A stretch of 64,000 bases of DNA from an uncultured delta proteobacterium (GTDB lineage: Bacteria; Desulfobacterota; Binatia; Binatales; Binataceae), in the NCBI GenBank assembly GCA_963808235.1, contig CAWEEQ010000004.1, forward strand, positions 736,001 to 800,000, in the 5' to 3' direction. Made by a program: the position numbers and the translations under genes. This document shows, in pieces, positions 43,236 to 52,488 of this stretch (positions within the stretch are counted from its first letter, which is position 1; every line of letters starts with the position of its first letter). The notes beneath the pieces are model-generated. The model made no database searches, was not told the DNA's origin, and saw only the letters and a list, made by a program, of their open reading frames with translations.

Positions 43236-44015
43236 ATGAGTCAGATCAACCAGGCTACCAATGCGGTCTCGGAGAGTCAGCGCGGCGTGCAATATCGAGT
43301 CCTCATCGTCGAAGACGACGCCGACATCCGCGAACTAATCCGCTACAACCTGGCGCAGGAAGGTTTCGTCGTCGAGGAAGCGGCCGACGGCGCGCAGGCA
43401 CTCGAAAAAATCAAGCGCCGGGTTCCCGATTTGATGGTGCTCGATCTGATGCTGCCCGGGATGCCGGGTTTGCAGATCTGTCGCCAGATGCGCGCCGAGC
43501 GCGACACCGCGCATCTGCCGATTCTTATCGTCACCGCGAAGGGAACCGAAGTCGATAAGGTGCTCGGCCTCGAGATGGGTGCTGACGATTACGTCGTCAA
43601 GCCGTTCAGTCCGCGCGAGCTCGTCGCGCGGGTGAAGGCGCTGCTACGTCGCGCAAATCCACTCGCCGAGCCCGAATCCGGCGGCGGTGCGTATGAAAAG
43701 GGGCGGCTTCGGATGGACTTTGGAACCTACCAGGTCTTCGTCGACGCGAACAAAAGAGAGTTGGCGCTGCGCGAGTTCGAGCTGCTGAAGTTCTTCGTGC
43801 AGCATCCGATGCGCGTCTACACGCGTGAGCAGTTGCTCGACATGGTCTGGGGCCGCGACACCTTTGTCGAGCCGCGAACCGTCAACGTCCACGTGCGCCG
43901 GCTTCGCCAGCATATCGAACGCGACGACGCGAATCCGGAACTGATCCTCACGGTGCGAAGCGTCGGTTACCGCTTCAATCCGGAACCGCTTGGCAATCCG
44001 GAAAAGCTTGGATAG
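43236..44015 (+). CDS. phoB: PhoB-like OmpR-family response regulator
   Basis: VEDD, LDLMLP, GADDYVVKPFSPREL and a winged-helix domain; located in the pst-phoU operon. Confidence 0.9.
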   Translation: MSQINQATNAVSESQRGVQYRVLIVEDDADIRELIRYNLAQEGFVVEEAADGAQALEKIKRRVPDLMVLDLMLPGMPGLQICRQMRAERDTAHLPILIVTAKGTEVDKVLGLEMGADDYVVKPFSPRELVARVKALLRRANPLAEPESGGGAYEKGRLRMDFGTYQVFVDANKRELALREFELLKFFVQHPMRVYTREQLLDMVWGRDTFVEPRTVNVHVRRLRQHIERDDANPELILTVRSVGYRFNPEPLGNPEKLG

Positions 44016-45408
44016 GTCACCGACGCTCCGGCTCGTCGCCGCAATTGTCACCGGTCTCGCACCGGCCGCTATTTTCCTGGTGGTGCTTGCCGCCACCGGA
44101 GCCGCATCAGTCTTCTGGGTTGTAACGGTTATCTTGATCGGACTCGCAATCGCCGCGATGTTCGCGGCGAGCATCTCAGGTTCGCTTTCGCGCCGCGCCG
44201 AACGGCTCGACGCCGTAGCTTCCGCGCTTCGCGAGCGCCGCTCGCCGCCGCATGTCCTGCCGGGGGGCAACGACGCTATGGACCGCGCGGAGCATCATCT
44301 GCTCGACGCCGCGGACGCAGTCGTCACCGACTTCGATTCGCTGACCGAGCAGCGCGATGAGTTCGCGGCAATTTTGCGCAGCATGACCGAGGCGGTCGTG
44401 GTCACCGGCGCGCGCGGCGAAGTGATTTTGCTTAACGGCGCCGCGCGCAGGGTATTCGCTCTGGGCGCCGACACCGACTATCGCGATCGGCCGTTCGTCG
44501 AGCTGTGCCGCGACCCGCGCCTGCAGGAATTCGTCGGACGCTCGATGCAATCGGCCGACACCAGCGTGATGAACGCGCAGCTCATGATCCAGAATCCCGC
44601 CCCGCTCCATATCAGCGCCAGCGCCGCGCAAATTCGCACCTCGCGCGGCGCGGCATGGGTGTTCGTCTTTCACGACATCACCCAGCTCAAGTCCTACGAG
44701 ACCCTGCGCGCCGACTTTATCTCGAACCTGACCCACGAGCTCCGCACTCCGCTCTCCGCGTTATATGGCTACGCGGAGACGCTGCTTCGCGGCGTGGACG
44801 ATCGGGAAACCTCGACCCGATTTCTCGGCATCATCGAGCGTCAGGCGCGCCGCCTGGCGCGCTTGCTCGACGACCTCGTCTCGTTGTCGGATCTCGAGCG
44901 CGGTCTGACTCCGCTCAAGGTCGAGCAGCTCGAGCCCTCGCGAGTGCTCTCTGAGGCTGCCGAGCTGATGCAGGAGCAAGCGGGCAGGCGCGGCCTTCGC
45001 CTCGAAGTGAATTGCCCGCCGGGGTTGCCCAAGCTCGCCGGCGATCGCGACCGGCTGCATCAGGTGATGCTCAATCTGATCGACAATGCGATCAAATACA
45101 CTCCGCGCGAAGGACACGTCACCGTCGAGGCGCATGAAGCGATGAGCGCCAACGGTACTGCGCCGACGCCGGGCGTGGCGCTGGTGGTCTCCGACACCGG
45201 AGAAGGAATTCCCGCGCCCGACATCCCGCGCCTGACGGAGCGATTCTATCGCGTCGATCGTGCGCGCTCGCGCGAACTCGGCGGCACCGGCCTGGGCCTC
45301 GCGATCGTCAAACACATCGTGCAACTCCATCACGGAGCGCTTCGCATCGAGAGCAAAGTGCGCGAGGGCACAACAGTCACAGTCTGGATCCCCGCCGCCC
45401 CGCAGTGA
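43990..45408 (+). CDS. phoR: PhoR-like sensor histidine kinase
   Basis: Two TM segments, PAS, HELRTPL, NAIKY, DTGEGI, ERFYRVDRARSRELGGTGLGL. Confidence 0.92.
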   Translation: MAIRKSLDRSPTLRLVAAIVTGLAPAAIFLVVLAATGAASVFWVVTVILIGLAIAAMFAASISGSLSRRAERLDAVASALRERRSPPHVLPGGNDAMDRAEHHLLDAADAVVTDFDSLTEQRDEFAAILRSMTEAVVVTGARGEVILLNGAARRVFALGADTDYRDRPFVELCRDPRLQEFVGRSMQSADTSVMNAQLMIQNPAPLHISASAAQIRTSRGAAWVFVFHDITQLKSYETLRADFISNLTHELRTPLSALYGYAETLLRGVDDRETSTRFLGIIERQARRLARLLDDLVSLSDLERGLTPLKVEQLEPSRVLSEAAELMQEQAGRRGLRLEVNCPPGLPKLAGDRDRLHQVMLNLIDNAIKYTPREGHVTVEAHEAMSANGTAPTPGVALVVSDTGEGIPAPDIPRLTERFYRVDRARSRELGGTGLGLAIVKHIVQLHHGALRIESKVREGTTVTVWIPAAPQ

Positions 45409-45514
45409 TTCCTTCTTATCCGCGCCACAAATTGCACGAATCGAGCACTTTCCGCCCTATTCGTCGCGCGGCTTGCTCGCGCGCGCTCGATATGAAAATT
45501 TCTAGGGTTCCGGT

Positions 45515-45591
45515 GCGCCCATAGCTCAGTGGATTAGAGCGGATGACTACGGATCATCAGGTCGGGGGTTCAAGTCCCTCTGGGCGCACCA
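45515..45591 (+). tRNA. tRNA-Arg (ACG)
   Basis: Acceptor stem GCGCCCA/TGGGCGC, anticodon arm GATGA-CTACGGA-TCATC, TTCAAGT T-loop, encoded CCA. Confidence 0.97.
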
Positions 45592-45639
45592 AATCTTTTT
45601 TTCAGATCGGCTAATTCCGAAAACGAGGAGCCAGCCGAG

Positions 45640-46527
45640 ATGAGAACGGCTCGCGACATCTCTATTCCCTATCGCATCGAGGATGGCGCCAAGTTCCGCC
45701 TGAAAGACTTCGATCCCGCCGACGCCGGTCGCATAAAATCGAAGAAGCACGCCGAAGAGGAGTTGCAGCACGGGGTTCAGCTACTGAGCGAATTGCAAGA
45801 CAAACTCTACGCGCAGAACCGATGGGCCGTGCTGTTGATCTTTCAAGCGATGGACGCCGCCGGCAAGGACGGCGCTATCAAGCACGTGTTGTCGGGCGTC
45901 AATCCGCAAGGATGCGAGGTCTTCTCGTTCAAGCAACCATCGGTCGAAGAACTCAGTCACGACTTCATGTGGCGGACTTCGAAGCGCGTCCCCGAGCGCG
46001 GGAAAATCGGAATCTTCAATCGCTCTTATTACGAGGAAGTTCTGGTGACGCGGGTCCACAAGGATTTGCTCGAGCGTGAGCGCATCCCGCCGTCACTGAT
46101 CAGCAAAGACCTCTGGAAAGAGCGCTTCGCGGATATCAATGCGCACGAACGCTACCTCGCGCACAACGGAATCGTGATTCTGAAGTTCTTTCTCAACCTG
46201 TCGAAAAAGGAACAACGCAAACGCTTTCTGAAAAGACTCGAAGAGCCCGCAAAGAACTGGAAATATTCGGCCGCCGACATCAGCGAGCGCGGTCTCTGGC
46301 GCGACTACATGTCGGCGTACGAACAAATGATCCAGAATACTGCGACCCCGCATGCGCCCTGGTTCGTCGTGCCTGCCGACAACAAGTGGTACACGCGCCT
46401 TGTGGTCGCCGCGGCTATCGCGCATGCGCTCGAAGAATTGAAGCTCAGCTATCCTAAAGTCGACGCGGCAAAGCGCAAGGAATTGAAAGCGGCGCAGATC
46501 GCGCTTCAAAATGAGCGCAGTGACTGA
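45640..46527 (+). CDS. ppk2: Polyphosphate kinase 2 family protein (class III-like)
   Basis: QAMDAAGKDG, SFKQPS, FNRSYYEEVL, NWK, PWFVVPADNKW. Confidence 0.94.
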   Translation: MRTARDISIPYRIEDGAKFRLKDFDPADAGRIKSKKHAEEELQHGVQLLSELQDKLYAQNRWAVLLIFQAMDAAGKDGAIKHVLSGVNPQGCEVFSFKQPSVEELSHDFMWRTSKRVPERGKIGIFNRSYYEEVLVTRVHKDLLERERIPPSLISKDLWKERFADINAHERYLAHNGIVILKFFLNLSKKEQRKRFLKRLEEPAKNWKYSAADISERGLWRDYMSAYEQMIQNTATPHAPWFVVPADNKWYTRLVVAAAIAHALEELKLSYPKVDAAKRKELKAAQIALQNERSD

Positions 46528-47758
46528 GCCGCCCGCATTTGCGGCCGCCGCGCCCGCCGATTCTATTTCGCCGCTCGCCGAGTTCGACTCGCCACGTGCG
46601 TGGTGGATGGTTGCGGCCGCATTTGTCGCGATGTTCGCGACGTACAGCGTCGCCTACAGCTTCGGCGCGTTCTTCAAACCGATGGCCGCGCAGTTCGGCG
46701 CGGATCGCAGCGCCACCTCCGCAATGTTTTCGTTGACCGTGCTGGTCTGGTGCGTGCTCGGCCCAGTCACCGGCCATCTCTCGGATCGATTCGGTCCACG
46801 AATCGTGCTCGCGTCCGGGGCGCTCGTCATGGGGCTGGGTCTCGCGCTTACATCAACGATCGATCGCCTGTGGATTGGCTACCTGACCTACGGAATCGGC
46901 GTCGGCGTCGGAGTCGCGTGCGCGTATGTTCCGATGGTCGCGGTGGTCGGAGGATGGTTTCTGCGCCGGCGCAACACCGCACTCGGGATCGCGGTGGCCG
47001 GAATCGGATTCGGCACGGTGTGCGGCGCGCCGATCGCCGCAGTGTTGATCGCGCCGCTCGGCTGGCGCGCGACCTACCTTGTTTTCGCGATCGCGACCAC
47101 CGCGATTCTGCTCGGATGCGCTTTCGTAGCCGAGCGCCCTCCGGTCCACGTCACGCCCTCGCGCGTACGTCTTGGCGACGCGCTCCGCACTCCGGCCTTC
47201 GTACTTTTGTACGCATCGTCGGTTATGGTCTCAACGGCACTGTTCGTGCCGTTCGTCTATCTGCCGTCATTCGCGCACGATCATGGCGTGTCCGAATTTT
47301 CAAGCGCCGCGCTGGTCGGCGTAATTGGCGGCGCGAGCGTAGCGGGGCGGATGGGACTCGGCGCGCTTGCCGATCGCGCCGGCGTCGTGCGCCTCTACCA
47401 GGCAAGCTTTCTGGTACTCGCGCTCAGCTATGGCATCTGGATGTTTGCGAGTTCGTACTCCGCAATGCTGCTCTTCGCAATCGTGATGGGCGCCGGCTAC
47501 GGCGGATACGTCGCGCTATCTCCCGCGGTGATAGCTCACCTGTTCGGGACGCATCGGATGGGCACGATGCTCGGCGCTCTTTATACCGCCGGTGGATTTG
47601 GCGCGATGGTCGGTCCGCCGATAGTTGGCTTGATCATTGACCGGACCGGCAGCTACCGCGTCGCGATCGCGGCCGCATTCGCAGTCGCGATGCTTTCCTT
47701 CGCGCTGCTGATCCCATTGCGCCGCTACGAACCGGCCAGCCAAACCCTCGTAGATTGA
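46511..47758 (+). CDS. MFS transporter (monocarboxylate/OFA-like)
   Basis: About 12 TM segments, GHLSDRFGPR motif A, WFLRRR. Confidence 0.9.
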   Translation: MSAVTEPPAFAAAAPADSISPLAEFDSPRAWWMVAAAFVAMFATYSVAYSFGAFFKPMAAQFGADRSATSAMFSLTVLVWCVLGPVTGHLSDRFGPRIVLASGALVMGLGLALTSTIDRLWIGYLTYGIGVGVGVACAYVPMVAVVGGWFLRRRNTALGIAVAGIGFGTVCGAPIAAVLIAPLGWRATYLVFAIATTAILLGCAFVAERPPVHVTPSRVRLGDALRTPAFVLLYASSVMVSTALFVPFVYLPSFAHDHGVSEFSSAALVGVIGGASVAGRMGLGALADRAGVVRLYQASFLVLALSYGIWMFASSYSAMLLFAIVMGAGYGGYVALSPAVIAHLFGTHRMGTMLGALYTAGGFGAMVGPPIVGLIIDRTGSYRVAIAAAFAVAMLSFALLIPLRRYEPASQTLVD

Positions 47759-47783
47759 AAGTAGTCACAATATGAACTACATT
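47755..47783 (+). promoter_or_regulatory. TA promoter with overlapping imperfect palindromic operator
   Basis: TTGAAA-17 bp-TACATT; GTAGTCA...TGAACTAC lies across the spacer; the -10 ends 8 nt before ATG 47792. Confidence 0.65.
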
Positions 47784-47791
47784 GAAGTTCG

Positions 47792-48091
47792 ATGCCGAAG
47801 CGTTCTGTTAAGCTCGGCCCCGATGCGATCCGTCACTTCAGGGCGCTCCGCGCGGCCGAACGCGCGCGGCTTGCGGCGGCGATGCAGGCCGGGCTCGGTG
47901 AAGATGATGCAACCGTTGAGAACAAAAACCGCTTCCGTTTGCGACGTCCCTCCGGGCAGTCCGAGTTCGAGTTCCGGAAAGGAGATTTGCGCGTCTTCTA
48001 TCGCGTTGCAGACGATGAAGTACTGGTCGATGCAATCGGACGCAAGCGCGGCAACCAACTTTTCATTGGCGGCAGTAAGGTGACTCTATGA
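47792..48091 (+). CDS. RelE/ParE family type II toxin
   Basis: FEFRKGDLRVFYRV...VLVDAIGRK; ATGA-coupled to the antitoxin. Confidence 0.8.
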   Translation: MPKRSVKLGPDAIRHFRALRAAERARLAAAMQAGLGEDDATVENKNRFRLRRPSGQSEFEFRKGDLRVFYRVADDEVLVDAIGRKRGNQLFIGGSKVTL

Positions 48092-48330
48092 AAATTGAAA
48101 ACATTCGCGAGGTTAAGACGCGGTTCAGTCGCTATGTCAACGAGCTGCCCAAAAGTGGCTCGATACTGATCACCAAGAACGGCCGGCCGTGCGCGGCGTT
48201 GATGCCGGTGACAGAAGACACGGACCTTGAAGCCCTGGCGCTGTCCCAGAACAAGCGTTTCTGGAAAATAATCGATGATGCGATTGCGCGCGGGAAAAAA
48301 GAGGGCTTCGTTGATTTGGCTGATCTCTAG
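48088..48330 (+). CDS. Phd/YefM family antitoxin
   Basis: IREVKTRFSRYV...ILITKNGRPCAAL. Confidence 0.88.
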   Translation: MKIENIREVKTRFSRYVNELPKSGSILITKNGRPCAALMPVTEDTDLEALALSQNKRFWKIIDDAIARGKKEGFVDLADL

Positions 48331-48360
48331 AACACTAGCGGCGCACGCGCTACGAACCGG

Positions 48361-49431
48361 TTACCGAGTCGCCGATTGCGCCGGGCTGGCCGGCGCCGCG
48401 ACCGTGAAACTCCACTCGTAGAGCTTGTCGGCTTCCTTCAACGCGACCTTGTAATGACCGGGCGCCAGCGGTTCGCGCGGAATGATCACCGCCGCGCCGA
48501 TCGCTTTGAGACCTTCCTTGCCAGTCGTGGTCTCTTGCGTATCGCGGCCATTATATGACGCCGCCGTGATGAGGCATGTTTCCAGCTCGACACCATCGCG
48601 CGAAACGAGATTCGACGAAACTTCAAGACTGCCATCGGCGCCATATCCTTCGCCAAGTTGAATCGAAATCGGCGCGCCAGTCGGCGCTTTGTATCCGGGG
48701 CACGCCGTCAATGGATCGGGATACTCGCCGCCCGGATACGATTGCCAATCTATAGTGGCGCCGTTGGGCGGAAATTCGACCGCCGCTTTCAATCGTCCGG
48801 TCTCTGCGGGGATTAGCCCAAGCCCCGGATTCCAAAGTCGATCGCTTGCAGGTCCGTCGTAGAGCTCCAGGCGCACCGACTTCTCCAACCCGTACCGGCC
48901 CGGAATCACGATTGCGCATTCTCCAGAATCGCAGTAAGCGCCAAGTCCAACCAGCGAGAACTGCGGGACCATCGCAGTCAGGCCGCTGAATGGCATCGCC
49001 AGCAGGCGATCGACAAATTCGGCCCCGCTCAGATCGATCTGGCGCGCATTCAGGATTACCGATCTCACGCCGGCTGACGCGCCCCTGTCGCTGTAGAACG
49101 GCTTTCCCTTGATCTCAAACTTTGCGGGTTCCTGCCGAACTTGAATCTGCAGCTTCTGTTTGTCGAGAACGATATCGCCGCCGCCAATCCCATTTTTGAC
49201 CAGGTAGCGCGCGTGATCATACGCGCCCGCGCTCAGCGCGCTGTCATCGACGACCGGCGGCAGCTTCGCCATCGCGCGATAGTAGTTCAGCCGCGCGTTG
49301 GCACTCGAGGCGAAATCGGCCAGCGCGCCCGACGATGCCGGGTCCGTCTGCGCGACGGCAAGGCTCGTCGCGAAAATCATTGCGCCACCGGCCAAAACGG
49401 CAAACTTGAAGTATCGCATGAAGTATCGCAT
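48361..49431 (-). CDS. Secreted CAP/SCP-domain-like protein
   Basis: Signal peptide; LNYYRAMAKLPPV...ALSAGAYDHARYL; C-terminal IPREPL...WSF. Confidence 0.7.
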   Translation of the reverse strand: MRYFMRYFKFAVLAGGAMIFATSLAVAQTDPASSGALADFASSANARLNYYRAMAKLPPVVDDSALSAGAYDHARYLVKNGIGGGDIVLDKQKLQIQVRQEPAKFEIKGKPFYSDRGASAGVRSVILNARQIDLSGAEFVDRLLAMPFSGLTAMVPQFSLVGLGAYCDSGECAIVIPGRYGLEKSVRLELYDGPASDRLWNPGLGLIPAETGRLKAAVEFPPNGATIDWQSYPGGEYPDPLTACPGYKAPTGAPISIQLGEGYGADGSLEVSSNLVSRDGVELETCLITAASYNGRDTQETTTGKEGLKAIGAAVIIPREPLAPGHYKVALKEADKLYEWSFTVAAPASPAQSATR

Positions 49432-49441
49432 GAAGTATCGC
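49407..49441. repeat. 12-bp tandem repeat (about 2.9 copies)
   Basis: TGAAGTATCGCA x2 plus TGAAGTATCGC, spanning the start of the CAP gene. Confidence 0.9.
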
Positions 49442-49843
49442 TTACGACTCCGAACAAAGTCCGTGCGCGCGCAGATACTTCACATCGTCGTCAGTAATTT
49501 TCGGCCCACTTTTGATTTGTGCCCAGGTTACCGACTGGTTCAACGTGTTGATCCCGCATTCGACCTCGAACATCTCGGCGCCGTCAGTCCTTTTGATCGG
49601 CACGAAGATGTTCGCCGTGCGTACCGAATTCTGCTCGACCATCCGCGGATCGGCCGTCATCCCATTGCTCATCTCGACGCTTTGCCCGCGAACGCTGTTG
49701 CAGATTGGCGCCGGATCGACTTTGCATCCGTTCATGTCGACGACGTTCGTCGAACCCGTGCTGCCGCTCGGCGCAGGTTGTGACGCGCATGCCGCGACCG
49801 CCATCGATACAAACAGAGCTGGAATCAGCAAACCTCGCCGCAT
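49442..49843 (-). CDS. Hypothetical lipoprotein
   Basis: Lipobox VAAC, Ser/Thr linker, four further Cys; AAAGGGG SD. Confidence 0.7.
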   Translation of the reverse strand: MRRGLLIPALFVSMAVAACASQPAPSGSTGSTNVVDMNGCKVDPAPICNSVRGQSVEMSNGMTADPRMVEQNSVRTANIFVPIKRTDGAEMFEVECGINTLNQSVTWAQIKSGPKITDDDVKYLRAHGLCSES

Positions 49844-50065
49844 GTCGGAACCCCTTTATCGAGACGGATTAAAGATCTCACCGGAAAGTAACAGTGCGCC
49901 AACTCTTTGACAACAAAACCGGTTCCGCGGATTACCAAGTCGCGGGAATTCATGTGCGCACTTCCACGCCTTCACGAGTTGAGTTGTTAAATCGAGGATG
50001 GTGCTGCTAGTTTCGAAAAATGAATTGCCCGCGGCTTGGGGCTGCGCGCTTAGGGGATATTTTCG

Positions 50066-50314
50066 ATGCGTAAAATCATAATGTCCGGTCTCTTTGCGAT
50101 TGCGGTAGTCGGGCTCGCGTTCGCGGCCGATAGGGATCGCCACGCGAGCTTCAACGATCCGAAGACGCCGGCCGCAGTCGCGCAGTGCAAGGGCTTCTAC
50201 GGGACGGACGACAATCTGACGGCGTGCAACGATTTCTGCGGCCAGTGGCGGACTGCCAACGCGGGCGGCACCTGCGCCTGCGACGACGGCAGGTGTCCCG
50301 CCGACGACCATTAG
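50066..50314 (+). CDS. Small secreted six-cysteine protein
   Basis: AGGGG SD, signal peptide ending AFA, C-x12-C-x3-C-x11-C-x-C-x4-C. Confidence 0.75.
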   Translation: MRKIIMSGLFAIAVVGLAFAADRDRHASFNDPKTPAAVAQCKGFYGTDDNLTACNDFCGQWRTANAGGTCACDDGRCPADDH

Positions 50315-50339
50315 GATTCAGTTCGCGCGCGCAGCGCCG

Positions 50340-51053
50340 CTAAGCTGCGTCGTGAAAGATCACGCCCATCGCATAGCGCACGCCGGATGTAACCGTGCTC
50401 ACGCCGTGGCGCATGTTCACGCGATGAAATCCGCGCGCGCCCGCGACCGGGCGATAGCGGTTCGCGAAGATAATTCCTTCGCCTTCATTCAGCGCGATCG
50501 CTTCGCCGCGCGATTGCGCCCGCGGCCGCTGCTCGACCAGTAGCAATTCGCCGCCTTCGAAATCGCGCCCGCGCCGGTTGAGCGCGCACGTGAACTGAAC
50601 CGGGAACGCAATCTCGCCGTACAAGTCCTGATGCAGGCAGTTGTATCCGCCGGTCTCGTAACGAAGGATTAGCGGGGTCGGCCTGGTCTGGCCACGCGCC
50701 GCGCACATCTTCAGAAAAGCCGAGAGCGTTTCGGGATACGAGTCGCGACTGCGCAATCGCGCGGCCCACCTGTCGGCGGTACCGACCAGCTTGCGATACA
50801 GCTCGGTTCGAAGCCGTTCGACGATCTCCGGCATCGGGCGCGCGAAGTACTTATACTCTCCGACGCCGTAACGGTGCCGCTCCATCACGATGCGGCTTCG
50901 AAACCGCTCGCGATTCGGATAGAGCGCGATCAAGTCGGCGCATTCGCTCGAGCGCAGGAACTTTCCGGTCGTCGCGTAACCGCGCGCGTCGAGATCGCGC
51001 TCGATTCGATCCCAGTCGAGCCGCGCAATACGATCGGCGATGCTCGCTCCAAT
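50340..51053 (-). CDS. 2OG-Fe(II) oxygenase (DUF2086-like)
   Basis: GVGEYKYF, RPTPLILRY, NCLHQDLYGE, EQRPRAQSRG, RHGVS, IFHDAA; the homologous-looking N-terminus extends to an ATT at 51053. Confidence 0.88.
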   Translation of the reverse strand: MGASIADRIARLDWDRIERDLDARGYATTGKFLRSSECADLIALYPNRERFRSRIVMERHRYGVGEYKYFARPMPEIVERLRTELYRKLVGTADRWAARLRSRDSYPETLSAFLKMCAARGQTRPTPLILRYETGGYNCLHQDLYGEIAFPVQFTCALNRRGRDFEGGELLLVEQRPRAQSRGEAIALNEGEGIIFANRYRPVAGARGFHRVNMRHGVSTVTSGVRYAMGVIFHDAA

Positions 51054-51054
51054 C

Positions 51055-51945
51055 TTACTCGGCGTTGGCGCGGATGAACTCTCCTATCTTCTCGATCGCC
51101 TGCTGCCCCTCATCGAGCATCGGTGCGAAAATTTGCCATACGTGGATCATGTTCTCCCACGGCTCCAGCGTAACCTTCACTCCCGCTTTGCGCGCGCGCT
51201 CTGCGAGCCGGGTCGAGTCATCGAGCAAAGTTTCCGCAGTGCCGACCTGGATCAACAACGGCGGAAGTCCTGCGAGGTCTGCATAGAGCGGCGCTGCGAG
51301 CGGCGTGCGCGGATCCTTGCCCGCAAGATAAGCCGCCGCCATTTCGATCAGGCCGTCCTTTTGGACCATCGGATCCGCAGCCGCCTTCGACTTCATCGAA
51401 TCGCCGAGCCCTTCGAGATCGACCCACGGCGACATACACACGCCGGCGCCCGGAAGCGCGAGCTTCGCATCGCGAATCGCGACCAGCGTCGCGACCGTCA
51501 GCCCGCCGCCTGCGGAGTCGCCGGCGACGGCGATGCGCGCAGGCTTCAGTCCCGTCGAGATCATCCAGCGATACGCGGCGACCGAATCGTCGACAGCCGC
51601 GGGAAATGGATGCTCCGGCGCGAGCCGGTACTCGATCACCAGCACTCGCGCTTTCGACGCGCGCGAAAGTCTCGCCGCGAGCGAGCGATGAGTATTGATC
51701 GAGCCGATAACGTACCCGCCACCGTGCAGGTAAAGGATCGCGCGCCCCGTGTCTGCCCCCGGCGCCGTCACCCACTCGGCCTTGATTCCGCCAGCATTCA
51801 CCGGCTCGCACTTGACGTCCGCATCGACCGGAAAGAGTCCAGCCATCTGCTCAAATCCCGCGCGCGTCTCCTCGACTGACGGCTTGCCCGCGATCGGCTG
51901 CGCCTTGAGCATTTGGACGATTTGTTGAAGCTGTTGTTGTGACAT
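51055..51945 (-). CDS. Alpha/beta hydrolase, HSL-family esterase
   Basis: LHGGGY, YRLAPEHPFP, GDSAGG, SPWVD, HVWQ; GGAGG SD. Confidence 0.95.
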   Translation of the reverse strand: MSQQQLQQIVQMLKAQPIAGKPSVEETRAGFEQMAGLFPVDADVKCEPVNAGGIKAEWVTAPGADTGRAILYLHGGGYVIGSINTHRSLAARLSRASKARVLVIEYRLAPEHPFPAAVDDSVAAYRWMISTGLKPARIAVAGDSAGGGLTVATLVAIRDAKLALPGAGVCMSPWVDLEGLGDSMKSKAAADPMVQKDGLIEMAAAYLAGKDPRTPLAAPLYADLAGLPPLLIQVGTAETLLDDSTRLAERARKAGVKVTLEPWENMIHVWQIFAPMLDEGQQAIEKIGEFIRANAE

Positions 51946-51976
51946 CGAATACCTCCGGTTTCCTGGTGCGGCGCCG

Positions 51977-52006
51977 AGTATAGCGCCGCTCGTTTGCACC
52001 CTGCAA
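51977..52006 (-). promoter_or_regulatory. Putative sigma70 promoter of the esterase gene
   Basis: TTGCAG-18 bp-TATACT. Confidence 0.5.
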
Positions 52007-52046
52007 AGACGCGTTCGGTTCGCGCCGCGCATGGCATAATCACCGC

Positions 52047-52475
52047 ATGGCGATCGAGTACACGATCCTCGCCGACGCGATCGTCATCGTCCACGCGGCA
52101 TACGTAGCGTTCGTCGTGGGCGGACTCGTCGCGATTCTGATCGGCGGTGCGACGGGATGGCGATGGACCCGAAGCTTCGCGTTTCGAGTCGCGCACCTCG
52201 CCGCGATTACGCTCGTATGCATCGAGTCAGTCGTCGGCGTGATGTGTCCGCTGACTTCGCTCGAAGACTGGATGCGCGCGCGTGGCGGAGCCGCGCGGTA
52301 TCGCGGTGACTTCGTCGGCTACTGGGCGCATCGCCTGATTTTCTACAACTTCCCGCCGTGGGCATTCGCGATCGTGTACTTCACATTCGCGGCTCTGGTC
52401 GTCATCACATTCATTCTTCTACCGCCACGATGGCCCACCCGCACGCATCGTGCGCACACTAGCGATCCGCTCTGA
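52047..52475 (+). CDS. DUF2784 family membrane protein
   Basis: LADAIVIVHAAYVAFVVGG, HLAA, CPLTSLEDW. Confidence 0.88.
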   Translation: MAIEYTILADAIVIVHAAYVAFVVGGLVAILIGGATGWRWTRSFAFRVAHLAAITLVCIESVVGVMCPLTSLEDWMRARGGAARYRGDFVGYWAHRLIFYNFPPWAFAIVYFTFAALVVITFILLPPRWPTRTHRAHTSDPL

Positions 52476-52488
52476 GAGGAAGACGCGG

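Noticed and set aside
43875-43905. PhoB recognition helix reads TVNVH rather than TVDVH
   Set aside because: A single-base difference in error-prone sequence, and Asn occurs here in other OmpR-family regulators.
45515-50314. Genomic island integrated at tRNA-Arg
   Set aside because: No integrase and no duplicated tRNA 3' end was seen; ppk2 follows directly.
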